Shown here one piece after another: positions 43,701-52,995 of a stretch of 64,000 bases of DNA; within the stretch, counting starts at the first letter, position 1, and each line of letters opens with the position of its first letter. The stretch is from an uncultured virus (IMG/VR IMGVR_UViG_3300035181_001618) (lineage: Duplodnaviria; Heunggongvirae; Uroviricota; Caudoviricetes). The stretch covers positions 1 to 64,000 of the IMG/VR virus record IMGVR_UViG_3300035181_001618; one strand, written 5' to 3'. The notes under the pieces were generated by a model. That model ran no database searches. It was not told where the DNA came from and saw only the letters and a program-made list of their open reading frames with translations. The translations under genes were made by a program, and so were the position numbers.

Positions 43701-45299
43701 GTGCGTTTGACTCGAGGCACGCAGCGTTACACCGGCGCTTACACCCTACCGACAGCAGCCTTCACCGCTCAGACCCCATATGAATTTGAGGGTCAAACCC
43801 GGTGGATCCGTGCTTACCCTGTTTCGTCAGCGGCCGGCGAGCAAGATCCCGCCAGCGGCTTTAATATCCCTGATGCATATGCAGGCGAGGAGCTTTACAC
43901 CTGGCATAAGATGGACGTGCCTCGTTCATTTGGCATCAATCACCGATACAATAATCTCCTGACATTACGCTTTCAAATTGCAACAGACAGCGCCGGCGCA
44001 AACATCGTGGCCGAGTCGCTGGGTAACGGTGCGGCTAACTTGAAGGGTGTGGGTCACGCCATTGTCGGCGGCGCTCAGTTAATCTATCGCCAGACAACAT
44101 TGTTGACTCAAGGTAAGTTCGAAGTCTTTACTGATCAGAGCACGTTTAGCGATGCGCGCAACGCACTGCGTAACAGGCATTTCAAGTTCCGTGAAGAGAC
44201 TTTTGAAAGCTTCACATCGGGGTCGGCGACCCCGTTGGTTCTCAACTTTGTCGATGAGGCCGACGGTTCGCTGATCACCTGCACGGTTACAGGTTCAGCT
44301 GTCATCGCTAGCTCGTCGGCTACAGGCCAACGTAACACTACCGTTGCAGGCCAACGTTGGCTCTCGCTTAGCGGTCCAACGACCTTCACCTTTGACTCGC
44401 CAATTACAGCATTTGGCTGCTACACAACAGACATCGGTGACGGCGGCTATGTCAAGCTCTTGTTGACAGACACGACGGGCACGGTTAAGGAGGTCGTGCT
44501 GAAGCATAGCTTGGCTCAAGCTAGCGGGTTGCAGAACTACATCGGCTTCCACCACCCAGGCAACGAGTATGTTAGCGTAACGATCAGCAACACGACTACC
44601 TTCGGCGACATGGGCATCGATGACCTGTTTGTCGGCACTCGGAGCCAGCTGAATCAGCTGGTACAAACGCTTACTAGCCCATTCACCGCCTCAGCACTGT
44701 CACCAATTGGCAGCTCTCGTGCTAGCAACGGCGGTGCTTGGGTTGACCTGTACGGCAACAACAGCCACACAGCTCTTGTTGAAACAGGCGCTGGTACAGT
44801 TCAAGTTGACACCTCAAAGGTGGGCAACACGCGCTACGGCGTCTACCTTGATAAGGGCACATCAACGCCCGATGTCACGCTGTTTGTTAACTTCAACATC
44901 ACGCCGCTGTTCTTTGTTCAACCTGATCTTGAGCTCGGAGTCATCGCTCGTAAGAACGGCAATGACTACTACCACTTGACCTATACGTACTATGCGGCGG
45001 GCGCGCCTGCCTTTGAACGCACGTATGATAACGGCGACTGGACTACTATGGTTACGTTGACCCACTACCCGTCGGGCGAGGTGCTCTTTGGGCCGTACTA
45101 CTACAGCGACCCATCATTCGGTACCATCAGGTGGGACATTCAAGGTAACACTCATACGTTATACGTCGAGTCATTTTACGGCAACAACCCAGCGCTGCCT
45201 GGCGGCGTTAACTATGACGGCATCCTCTGCCAAATTGTCGACGACCGTAATTTGACAGGCACTCAGCATGGCTTCACCATCAAGCAACCTTCGCTATAA
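40725..45299 (+). CDS. large multidomain adhesin/fibre (PEP-CTERM-like domains + LamG-like domain)
   Basis: GRFNTT..AFGFYGTDFGD..LFFG..GFDD (repeated near the C-terminus); YSG.NGTGTLL twice; TLEAWV..FHHVA..FFVNG..SDVRLTRG..RYTG. Confidence 0.75.
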   Translation: MTATTYYAVDTNSGGTFPVTSLAAAKRAEFMTALATSKVETFEFSIAGSRPSDDFTLYLFGSTCQLTQAAPIDGNVQGIKTVGQDFPGRFNTTIDSGSGLLEDGKWWQSSGEFTLKFTSHTQAFGFYGTDFGDLGAAGGTVKLSFYSNGFPVDLNVEVGPDTSGINATLLFFGYTNDVHPFNEIRFTVTQGPGTTAGNEQLVGFDDMVYGTLDSIKLPYNGVGSFVNAPTQCITSSPPEDQNVAYINVPAGFKDRWSVWTCLSVSNATPIISIYSGVNGTGTLLAGPSGVAAGLLNAFYQTVFYFSGVARSIKVTTGKASFNNEVFFDHMEFGTPPDLPDAPILTFNWELGGLLTTSSQSQWDGVKYGMDFEGLIPGANASAGTYAPVSVGSFYDSLYPGTVFTNAVAVRSKATGGTAQFNVRTLDSPSGAVLNLGKTALKVATGQASMTIALPSTSTKGAISFYYASASPVTLIAGVGTKTLPATGTCSLPDVDNVYCQWKLCRLESENATINSLTISSADPNMMVDNLTNGYPIPLSGALPTVDNLVDDYFNNGTDSRGISGPLVPSGPPYPHIYGVQAPSWVRACYSDGPEIAPDFYYKSGEGIYPGIYSWTALQNLSNDPKYINVVDGFINECSLFVLMGTIVGVYSGLNGTGTLLQSTPDVQHSYTDGGYTKFTFGGWARSIAFDTDPAIVDGLRFGYSSTNSIIPTVPSPEIFDSDSTNIVEGVNQLTNDSETPIIFLPDGLIYRDTQFSPSASHWMREPTPYSNVGTLVQFSFDGLTDGATAFPNSGTLGGTWSSTGSNCSASTNASKWGTSSLHVTPNNSEHAIKLIWPTMFYLRSQVGTLEAWVRPEVGASEPYGKTAIMYWIYGYGNTSTPWNQGASSTGSAYTPGMGIIYAHASTTPGQTVLEAWLNQRFIGSISVANSQFHHVAFTLNAGSGGQFMTFFVNGAQVATGSVTGVNYSNPDFSLVVVGQSDRTGTFSYYLSDVRLTRGTQRYTGAYTLPTAAFTAQTPYEFEGQTRWIRAYPVSSAAGEQDPASGFNIPDAYAGEELYTWHKMDVPRSFGINHRYNNLLTLRFQIATDSAGANIVAESLGNGAANLKGVGHAIVGGAQLIYRQTTLLTQGKFEVFTDQSTFSDARNALRNRHFKFREETFESFTSGSATPLVLNFVDEADGSLITCTVTGSAVIASSSATGQRNTTVAGQRWLSLSGPTTFTFDSPITAFGCYTTDIGDGGYVKLLLTDTTGTVKEVVLKHSLAQASGLQNYIGFHHPGNEYVSVTISNTTTFGDMGIDDLFVGTRSQLNQLVQTLTSPFTASALSPIGSSRASNGGAWVDLYGNNSHTALVETGAGTVQVDTSKVGNTRYGVYLDKGTSTPDVTLFVNFNITPLFFVQPDLELGVIARKNGNDYYHLTYTYYAAGAPAFERTYDNGDWTTMVTLTHYPSGEVLFGPYYYSDPSFGTIRWDIQGNTHTLYVESFYGNNPALPGGVNYDGILCQIVDDRNLTGTQHGFTIKQPSL

Positions 45300-45304
45300 C
45301 AGAT

Positions 45305-46528
45305 ATGACACTTACTACAATTAGCCAGTTTGACGTGTATGAGCGGCACGCCCCTCGTCCAGCCCTCATCGAGCCAGTGACAACCTGCTTTGCTGAAGGT
45401 GCAACACCCTCGCAAGCGCTGTTTGCTAACTTAAAGAGAACTATGCAGGCGGCCGCCGTCGCGGACTTTACCGCTGAGAACGGCCAGGTCGCGCCGCTGA
45501 CAGCGAGCGCATCGGGCGCCGGCGGGGTGACGTTTGCCATTGCAGGAGCCGGCGCTGTAGCGGCTAACGGCTTTGTGAGCACAAGCGCTAGCACGACGTT
45601 CACGCCCGCTTACTCGACGGCGCTGGTCACTTACTTCGGTGAGACCGCAAGCCCAACACCAGGCGTGCCTGACGTGCTAGGGGGCCCGTACTTGGCAAAG
45701 CAGCGTTACCTTGCGGCTATCGGCTCGTCGATGAACTCGGCACCGCCCACAGTGGTCAACTTTGAAGGTCAAACTACGGGCGCCACCTCGCTGACGATTG
45801 ACGTTGCAAACTACTACTCGACCCAATCTGGCACGGGTTTCACCCCAACCATCTATAGCCCAACAACATGCACGGTCACAGGCGCTACCGTTGCCGCAAC
45901 TCAGACCCTTGGCAGGTTCAACGTGGACGGCGGCCTGGGCACCAACGGCAAGTACCTAGCATGTACATCGGGCACAGACGTCGTCTTCACCTTCGACTAT
46001 GGTATTTCGGCTTTTGGCTTCTATGCTACGGACCTTGGCGACGTTGAAGGAGCCCTAATGCTTTACATGCTGCCTGATGATGGCGGCGCTGAAGAGTCTG
46101 TGGTGGCAAAGGCAACGGCAGGTACTAACGGCAACCTAGTCTTTTTTGGCTTCACCAACCCCACCAAGCGGTATACCCGAGTGCGTCTAGTCTGTGCCAC
46201 ACCCGTGGACATCTACGGCATTGATCAGGTGATCACTGCGTGCGGCATGATGGTGCTCAACCCGAACCCGATGAAGGCCTTCGGCTTGACACTGCTTGAC
46301 TACGGCAAGACCGTAGGCACAACCTACTCGGCCCAAGTCGTGACGACCCAAGCCACTTACAACTTCACGCTGCCTGTCACCACGACTGGGGCTACAGGCA
46401 GCCGTGCGTTCTGGGGCTTCAAGTGCAACGGCGGCCACAAGATCACGTCGGTGACGGTCACGTCATCAACTTCTAGCGATGCGCCTACCTTTGATGACGT
46501 AATGATCGGCTTTCCCTACTACTCATAA
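45305..46528 (+). CDS. virion adhesin-like protein with two PEP-CTERM-like domains
   Basis: GRFN..AFGFYATDLGD..FFGF..GID; AFGLTLLDYG..FWGF..FDD. Confidence 0.7.
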   Translation: MTLTTISQFDVYERHAPRPALIEPVTTCFAEGATPSQALFANLKRTMQAAAVADFTAENGQVAPLTASASGAGGVTFAIAGAGAVAANGFVSTSASTTFTPAYSTALVTYFGETASPTPGVPDVLGGPYLAKQRYLAAIGSSMNSAPPTVVNFEGQTTGATSLTIDVANYYSTQSGTGFTPTIYSPTTCTVTGATVAATQTLGRFNVDGGLGTNGKYLACTSGTDVVFTFDYGISAFGFYATDLGDVEGALMLYMLPDDGGAEESVVAKATAGTNGNLVFFGFTNPTKRYTRVRLVCATPVDIYGIDQVITACGMMVLNPNPMKAFGLTLLDYGKTVGTTYSAQVVTTQATYNFTLPVTTTGATGSRAFWGFKCNGGHKITSVTVTSSTSSDAPTFDDVMIGFPYYS

Positions 46529-46566
46529 ATGCCGCTTTAGCGGCCTTCATATTAGAATAGCATATC

Positions 46567-47058
46567 ATGACAAATATCGTCAAGCGAGACGCATTCAGCG
46601 TCACCTTTACCGGCGCGCCGGAGCTAGCCGCTCTCGAGTCGCACGTGCTCGCCGTTGACCTCGGCACCGAGCTCTTCAACGAAGCGGGCGGCACTGATCA
46701 CCGGACCCACACGCTCATCGTCTGGCTCGAGGATGATGAGGCAAACCAGGTCATGGGAGCCATTCGCGCCTGGGTCAAAAAGGGCAACGCGCAGTTCACC
46801 TTGAGCATGAAGGTGCTGAAAGAAGGCGGCGGCGTCAAGGACCTCTACGTGTTTGAGCACGCAATGCTTAATGCCGTGCAGCACTCAATCTTTACTCGCG
46901 AGAGCCAAGACGAGCGTTTTGAGGTTCAACTGGGCAGCCATAAGTACATTAGCCACATCGGGAAGCTTAAGCAGCCAGAGGCTCGGGAGCTGTCAGCTAA
47001 GCTCCTACAGATCGCGTTCGTTAGCGTTGATCATCACATCACAGACAATATGCAATGA
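46567..47058 (+). CDS. hypothetical protein
   Basis: 163-aa ORF; TAGAAT 8 nt upstream. Confidence 0.6.
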   Translation: MTNIVKRDAFSVTFTGAPELAALESHVLAVDLGTELFNEAGGTDHRTHTLIVWLEDDEANQVMGAIRAWVKKGNAQFTLSMKVLKEGGGVKDLYVFEHAMLNAVQHSIFTRESQDERFEVQLGSHKYISHIGKLKQPEARELSAKLLQIAFVSVDHHITDNMQ

Positions 47059-47069
47059 TCACTGTTTTC

Positions 47070-47465
47070 TTAACAGCGCATGGCCAAGTGAGACTCGCGC
47101 ATCTTTTGACGAGTTTCAGCTGAAACAGGCGGTCGCTTCTTTGCCATCATCGAAAGATGAGCACGATGTTCCGGCGTCATTGTCAACTTCACGGTTACTT
47201 CCATGAGTTCGGCTCTTTGTGTTAAGCATCATGTGAACTGCCAACAACATCTTGTTTTTGGCTTTACCTTGAGTCATCTTGATAAGCATCCTATGGCAAA
47301 GAAAATGTTCACAGGCTGTTAATTGAACCTTATTAGAGTCATCATCTAATCCTCCCAACGACAGTGGGATTACATGATGGTTTTCAACATATCCACTGTT
47401 TGATCGAGTCTTAGCACGATCAACAATTTTGTATACCAGATGGTATATTTGTTAAGCAGAAATAT
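47070..47465 (-). pseudogene. degenerate HNH-NUMOD3 homing endonuclease
   Basis: NKYTIWY..GYVENHHVIPLSLGG..EHFLCH; SAETRQKMRESH in another frame; no ATG start; AT-rich. Confidence 0.75.
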
Positions 47466-48701
47466 ATGACTATATACCGATACGGCAGTATTGTCCCTCT
47501 TATCGGTGGGAACACGATTGCCGCGAGGAACGTGCTAGGTTATGATCCTGAAGCATTGCTGACCTACAAGGCCTTCGCCGACAATGAGAAGAACCTCCGC
47601 GCTTACATGCCGCAGGTTCCTTATGAGGTGCTGGATGACGGCGGCGACCAAGCTGCTCTCGCCGGTGCTGACTTCATCACGGCTCTCTGCCCGTGTGCCG
47701 GCCTGTCCACGCTGGGCACCGGCGATGCGACGATGCGTGAGAACGCCAACAGCTGGATGTTTGCCTCAGCGAAGCACGTGCTCGGCACGCTAAAGCCGAA
47801 GGTCTTTTGGGGCGAGAACGCTCCTGCGATGTATGAGAGCAAGCTCGGCGAGTCTGTCCGTGAGCGCCTCAAGCAGATCGCCGACGACAACGGCTACACG
47901 ATGTCGTTCTACTTCACCAGCACCCACCTGCATGGAGTGCCGCAACGGCGTCACCGCACGTTCTACTTCTTCTGGCGCGAGCAAGGCCGCGTGCCGGTCA
48001 TGCCGTACTACCACAAGCAGGCTCCAACCTGGGGCGAGTATATGGCTCAGATCCCGGCCGGCGCTACCCAGCATGATGACGACAAGGAACGCGCCTACAA
48101 GCAGCTGCGCTCCACTCGCTTCGCCAAGTTTGCCCACGCACGCTTCGGCGAAGGCTTCCCTGACGTGATCCGTGAGCGGATGCGTGAGCAGGGCAAGACG
48201 ATGGTGACCGTTCAAGACTTTGTGTTGAAGGACCCGAAGGCTCCCGAGCGGCCAAAAGAGATGCGTGACTGGTATTCCGAGCCTGCGCAAGCTGCGGCTG
48301 ACCCGCGCGCCGCGGCCTACTTTGACCGCATCCATCACAAGATGTTTGTTGAGGACAAGGGCATCTGGGACGACTCGCCGTCCATCTTCCTACCTGAGGT
48401 CAACTTCAACGCCCTGATCGGTCGGACCACCGATGCGGCTCACCCGTATGAGCACCGCTCGCTGACCATCCGTGAGTGCCTGCACATGATGGCCCTGCCA
48501 AACGACTTCAACCTCGTGACGAAGACCATCAACCACATCTGCCAGAATGTCCCAGTCTGCACGGCTTCGGACATGACTCGCGGTGTGGTTGACTACCTCG
48601 AAGGTCGGCTACCGTTTACCGACGGCGACGTGGTCTGGCAGAACAACTTCAAGCATACCGTTGATAAGATCAACGGCGAGAGCAAGCTGATTAGCTTCTG
48701 A
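47466..48701 (+). CDS. C5-cytosine DNA methyltransferase-fold protein (atypical motif I)
   Basis: CPCAGLS (IV), GENAP (VI), HGVPQRRHRTF (VIII), RSLTIREC (IX), QNVP (X); motif I reads SIVPLIGG. Confidence 0.8.
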   Translation: MTIYRYGSIVPLIGGNTIAARNVLGYDPEALLTYKAFADNEKNLRAYMPQVPYEVLDDGGDQAALAGADFITALCPCAGLSTLGTGDATMRENANSWMFASAKHVLGTLKPKVFWGENAPAMYESKLGESVRERLKQIADDNGYTMSFYFTSTHLHGVPQRRHRTFYFFWREQGRVPVMPYYHKQAPTWGEYMAQIPAGATQHDDDKERAYKQLRSTRFAKFAHARFGEGFPDVIRERMREQGKTMVTVQDFVLKDPKAPERPKEMRDWYSEPAQAAADPRAAAYFDRIHHKMFVEDKGIWDDSPSIFLPEVNFNALIGRTTDAAHPYEHRSLTIRECLHMMALPNDFNLVTKTINHICQNVPVCTASDMTRGVVDYLEGRLPFTDGDVVWQNNFKHTVDKINGESKLISF

Positions 48702-49164
48702 TGTCAACCTTCAGCATAAGCTCCTGGTCAATCGAAGTGGCTCCGCGTAAGCTTAAGGCTAATTGGACGAGCAGGTGCAAGATCTAAAGCAAGAGCAGCA
48801 AGAGCATGGCCTGGATCTCGAGGACGAAATTGCTAGGATCTTGAGCGAGGAAATTGCTCGAGCGGCAGCTGAAGCAATCGAGGAAGCTCTTGAAGAGATA
48901 GTAGCATTAGGGTACAAGGCAAAAGATGGCCCGATAGCCGACGGCTATTTCTATTGCCCTTATGTACCCTTGCTTGATATCAAGCCTAAGCACCACCCGT
49001 ATACACCGCATGAGCCGCTCGCTAGTAAACTTGAAGGATGGGCCCGCGCCCCTCAACTCGGTCTATATCGGGCGGCCCGGGAAGTGGGGCAACCCGTTCA
49101 TCCTTGGCCAGGACGGCACGAGGACGGTAGTCATCGAAAAGTACCGCACCTACCTGTTGAATAA
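48701..49164 (+). pseudogene. mini-gene made of major capsid (gp23)-like motifs, frameshifted; 3' end uncertain
   Basis: MSTFSI..RKLKANWT | EQVQDL..HGLDLEDEIARILSEEI..DGYFYCPYVPL. Confidence 0.55.
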
Positions 49165-49297
49165 CCCAGAGCTCCTAGGACAGCTTGAAGAGCTTCGCGG
49201 CAAGTGGCTTGTTTGCCACTGTGCGCCTAAGGCATGCCACGGCGACGTGCTTCTAGAACTGCTTAACCCACCAAAACAGCTGCTAAACTATGAATAA
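49010..49297 (+). CDS. DUF4326-family protein
   Basis: VYIGRPGKWGNPF..LRGKWLVCHCAPKACHGDVL. Confidence 0.85.
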   Translation: MSRSLVNLKDGPAPLNSVYIGRPGKWGNPFILGQDGTRTVVIEKYRTYLLNNPELLGQLEELRGKWLVCHCAPKACHGDVLLELLNPPKQLLNYE

Positions 49298-49553
49298 CGA
49301 AACCCTCGCTGAAGCCCTCGCCCTCAAGGAAGAGATTAACTGTCAATCGGTCAATATCCGCCGCCTTGATGAAGCTCTAGAATGCGCCAAGCGCCAACCT
49401 GAAGTCTTCGATCCGCAAATGTCAATCGACGTCAACTTCAACCTCGAGCTTGGCAAGGTGGGCAAGGAGTTCTTCATCGCTGCGCTCGAGAAGGTACGTA
49501 CGCTGTATGAGCTGAAGCTCGGCCGTGCCAAGGAAGGCTTCAGGGACTTGTGA
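49290..49553 (+). CDS. hypothetical protein
   Basis: 87 aa; loosely similar to the next ORF. Confidence 0.55.
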   Translation: MNNETLAEALALKEEINCQSVNIRRLDEALECAKRQPEVFDPQMSIDVNFNLELGKVGKEFFIAALEKVRTLYELKLGRAKEGFRDL

Positions 49554-49783
49554 TGAACGCTGAGCTGTTGAAGAAAGCCGTCGGCCTCCAAGGCCTCATC
49601 GATGACCTCGAGACCGAGATCAATAGCATGCGGAACATTCGGGACCGGAACAGTTACATGTACCCGCAGCAAGTCAAGATCGCCTACCTCGGCGATGAGG
49701 GGTACAACCGGGTCGTTGACCTGATGATCGAGATCATGACCGGTCGGCGCGAGCAAGCTCAAGCGGAATTTGACGTCCTTTGA
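49550..49783 (+). CDS. hypothetical protein
   Basis: 77 aa; overlaps the upstream stop. Confidence 0.55.
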   Translation: MMNAELLKKAVGLQGLIDDLETEINSMRNIRDRNSYMYPQQVKIAYLGDEGYNRVVDLMIEIMTGRREQAQAEFDVL

Positions 49784-49972
49784 AAGCTGACTAGTAAATA
49801 CAAGTGTAGCTGCAAGCATTCTTGAGAAAAGCTGCTCACGCTAAGTGCAATGCAGACCGAAATGATTTACCCTCGCTGCAGCTACACCTAATTCTACCAG
49901 GCTAATTAGCCTCGCAAATGCCGCCGTGATTACAATATCATAGCGGCATTTTACTCTTCTAGCTACAGACAA

Positions 49973-52297
49973 ATGACAAAGATAACGGTGATCAAACGCA
50001 CTGGGGTGCGGGTACCGCTTCAGATTGAGAAGATCCAAAAGCAAGTAGCGATGGCCTGCGCAGGCATCGCGGACGTGTCCCAATCCTTGGTTGAGATGCG
50101 GGCCAACATTGAGCTCTTTGATGGCATTGAGACCACGACCATTGACGAGCTGCTGATCCGTTCAGCGGTCAACTTGATTACCGACCCGGTTGGGCATGTC
50201 AACTATCAGTACGTAGCAGGTCGGCTTCGGGTCTCGACCCTGCGCAAGGAGGTCTACGGCAGGTACACGCCGCCTAGCCTCTACGACATTGTGGTCACCA
50301 ATGTTGCGGCCGGCGTCTACACCAAGGACCTCCTCGAGTGGTACACGAAGGAGGAGTGGGACCAGATCGGCTCCTTCATTGACCATGAGAAGGATGAGGA
50401 CTACTCGTACGCGGCCATCGAGCAGCTTATCGACAAGTACTTGGTGCGCAACAGGGTGACCGGCAAGATGTACGAGACCCCGCAGGTCCGCTATGCAGTT
50501 GCGGGCGCTACGGCCTTCCACGCTGAAGCCAAGAACGTGCGGATGCGCTGGGTCAAGGACTACTACAACTGCGGCTCCGACGGCCTGTTCACGCTGGCCA
50601 CGCCGGTGCTCGCCGGCCTCGGCACCCCGACCAAGCAGTTCAGCTCCTGCGTTCTCATCAAGTCCGACGACACTCTGAAGAGCATCTTTGCGGCGGGTGA
50701 AATGATGGCCGACTACGCCTCAAAGCGGGCAGGAATCGGCCTCGAAGTTGGTAGGATCCGCCCGTTGGGAGCCGCAATCCGAGGCGGTGAGATCAAGCAC
50801 ACTGGTCTGGTTCCGTTTCTCAAGAAGTGGTTCGCTGACCTCCGTTCATGCTCGCAAGGCGGCATCCGCAACGCTTCGGCTACGGTCACCTTCCCGATCT
50901 GGCACGCGCAGTTTGAAGACCTGATCGTCCTGAAGAACAACCAAGGCACCGACGAGACTCGTGTCCGCCACATGGACTACAGCGTTGCGCTGTCAGGCTT
51001 ATTCTGGAAGCGCCTGTTGAGCCAAGGCACGATTACGCTGTTTGACCCGAGCCAAGTCCCCGAGCTGTATGAGGCCTTCTACTCGGACATCGACCTCTTC
51101 GACAAGCTGTACGTAGAGGCTGAACGTCGTACCGACATTACCAAGAAGGTGCTGACGGCTGACCAGGTTGTCCGCGCGCTCTTCATCAAGGAGCGCACCG
51201 ACACCGGTCGCATCTACATGATGTTCGTCGACAACGTGCAGAAGCAAGGCCCGTTTGACACCACGCTCGACCCGATCTACCAGTCCAACCTCTGTCAAGA
51301 GATCCTGCTGCCGACTCGCGCCTTCCAACGCGTTGATGACCCGAACGGTCGGATCGCGCTGTGCACCTTGGGCTCGATCAACTGGGGTGCCTTCCGCAAC
51401 CCGGAGGACATGAAGCGCGCTTGCCGCGTGCTGGTCCGCTCGCTTGACAACCTGCTCTCCTACCAGGACTTCCTGTCCGTCCAGTCTGAACTGTCCAACC
51501 TTGAGTTCAGGCCGTTAGGCGTCGGCATCACCAACTTGGCTTACTGGCACGCTAAGCGCAACTTCAAGTACGGTGATGATGAAGCCCTAGGCGAGGTCAA
51601 GCGTTGGATGGAGCAGCAGGTCTACTTCCTGACAGAAGCTTCCGTTGACCTGGCTGAAGAGCGCGGCGCATGCACTCGCTCACAGCATACCTACTACGGC
51701 CACGGCGTCTTCCCTTGGGAGCGTCGAGCTTTCGGCGTCAACGAGCTGACCGACTTCTCGCCTGAGATTGATTGGGAGCCGTTGCGCGACCGCATGCTAC
51801 AGCACGGCGTGCGCTGTGCTACTAACAGCGCGGTGGCGCCGGTTGAGAGCTCCTCCGTGGTCATCAACTCAACCAACGGCGTTGAGATGCCGATGGCCCT
51901 CATCTCGATCAAGGAGTCCAAGGGCTCGCTGCTGATCCAGGTGGTGCCTGAGTACTCGAAGCTGAAGAACCGCTATCAGCTGATGTGGGAACAGACCGAC
52001 TGCATCCAGTACCTCAAAACGGTGGCGGTCATTGCGGCTTACACCGATCAATCCATCAGCACCAACACGTTCTACAACCCGAAATTCTTCCGAAGCGATG
52101 ACCCGAAGAAGGACCGCAAGGTCCCTGTTAACCTGGTCATCGGCAACCTGATGAAGGGCTACAAGTGGGGCTTGAAGACCTTCTACTACAGCCTGATTGA
52201 CAAGCAAGGTGCCAAGGCTGACGCTGAGGTCGCCCCATCCATGACACCCACTCCCGAGCTAGAGCTCGAAGATGATTGCGAGACGTGCAAACTATGA
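49973..52297 (+). CDS. nrdA: class Ia ribonucleotide reductase alpha subunit with ATP cone
   Basis: VIKRTG, QFSSCVL, SCSQGGIR, QSNLCQEI, ALCTL, APVESSS, KTFYY, CETCKL. Confidence 0.97.
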   Translation: MTKITVIKRTGVRVPLQIEKIQKQVAMACAGIADVSQSLVEMRANIELFDGIETTTIDELLIRSAVNLITDPVGHVNYQYVAGRLRVSTLRKEVYGRYTPPSLYDIVVTNVAAGVYTKDLLEWYTKEEWDQIGSFIDHEKDEDYSYAAIEQLIDKYLVRNRVTGKMYETPQVRYAVAGATAFHAEAKNVRMRWVKDYYNCGSDGLFTLATPVLAGLGTPTKQFSSCVLIKSDDTLKSIFAAGEMMADYASKRAGIGLEVGRIRPLGAAIRGGEIKHTGLVPFLKKWFADLRSCSQGGIRNASATVTFPIWHAQFEDLIVLKNNQGTDETRVRHMDYSVALSGLFWKRLLSQGTITLFDPSQVPELYEAFYSDIDLFDKLYVEAERRTDITKKVLTADQVVRALFIKERTDTGRIYMMFVDNVQKQGPFDTTLDPIYQSNLCQEILLPTRAFQRVDDPNGRIALCTLGSINWGAFRNPEDMKRACRVLVRSLDNLLSYQDFLSVQSELSNLEFRPLGVGITNLAYWHAKRNFKYGDDEALGEVKRWMEQQVYFLTEASVDLAEERGACTRSQHTYYGHGVFPWERRAFGVNELTDFSPEIDWEPLRDRMLQHGVRCATNSAVAPVESSSVVINSTNGVEMPMALISIKESKGSLLIQVVPEYSKLKNRYQLMWEQTDCIQYLKTVAVIAAYTDQSISTNTFYNPKFFRSDDPKKDRKVPVNLVIGNLMKGYKWGLKTFYYSLIDKQGAKADAEVAPSMTPTPELELEDDCETCKL

Positions 52298-52629
52298 CAT
52301 CCCTTCCTAAGCTAAAAGCGACTGTTACTTACATGTCGCGTCCGTCCATGGAATATGACGAGCAAGAGGTCATGATTCCTCCGACCGAGGCATCGCCTGA
52401 TGGGCGTGTTATGAACCTGACCAATCCGCGATGGGCATTGGCGATTGCCGGCTTCGAAGACACCAATGAGGCCATCGCTGAGGCTTACGAGCATGACAAC
52501 GTCTTTGACATGGAGGTTGACCTGGGTACGGGCGAGTGCTGGTACCTCCACTGCTGTTCGTTTGAGTCGCTTGACCTGCGGACGAAGTCCGACATCGCGA
52601 TCTCGTTTGCTCACGCACGGCTACTGTGA
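52294..52629 (+). CDS. hypothetical protein
   Basis: ATGA overlap with the nrdA stop. Confidence 0.55.
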   Translation: MTSLPKLKATVTYMSRPSMEYDEQEVMIPPTEASPDGRVMNLTNPRWALAIAGFEDTNEAIAEAYEHDNVFDMEVDLGTGECWYLHCCSFESLDLRTKSDIAISFAHARLL

Positions 52630-52995
52630 TCAGCTACTTCAAGAGCCTGCTTGAGGGCTGGAACACCAGGCAAGAGGCTCTCAGGCTCCAGCAGCTGCTC
52701 ATTGATGCAGGCTACGAGGTCTCGAGCAAGCTGACTTGGTAGATCGCAAAGACCAACATCGGTGACATCACAAATGTTTGCGTGTTCGTGCTCATCAACG
52801 GCCCGATAAAGCCGTATGTGCAAACTCGCTACATGGTGCATGTCCCCTGACAACCATGAAAATGAGATTTGTATCAGTGTCGAGCCAGCGATCCTGACTC
52901 CCTTGACCCCCACCGACTACCTCTACACCGACACGCCTTCATTTGCTGACGCTAGCGATGTAGCCCGATTCTTCACCGACAATATCTTCGTATGA
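52626..52995 (+). pseudogene. disrupted ORF carrying the EALRLQQLLIDA motif
   Basis: GTGA start overlap; in-frame TAG near 52740; frameshift near 52850; ends in ATGA overlap with nrdB. Confidence 0.5.

Noticed and set aside
52626..52995. In-frame TAG suggesting stop-codon recoding
   Set aside because: TAG ends apparently genuine genes (e.g. 59689-62184, 13706-14545), long core genes are open in the standard code, and this ORF also has a frameshift
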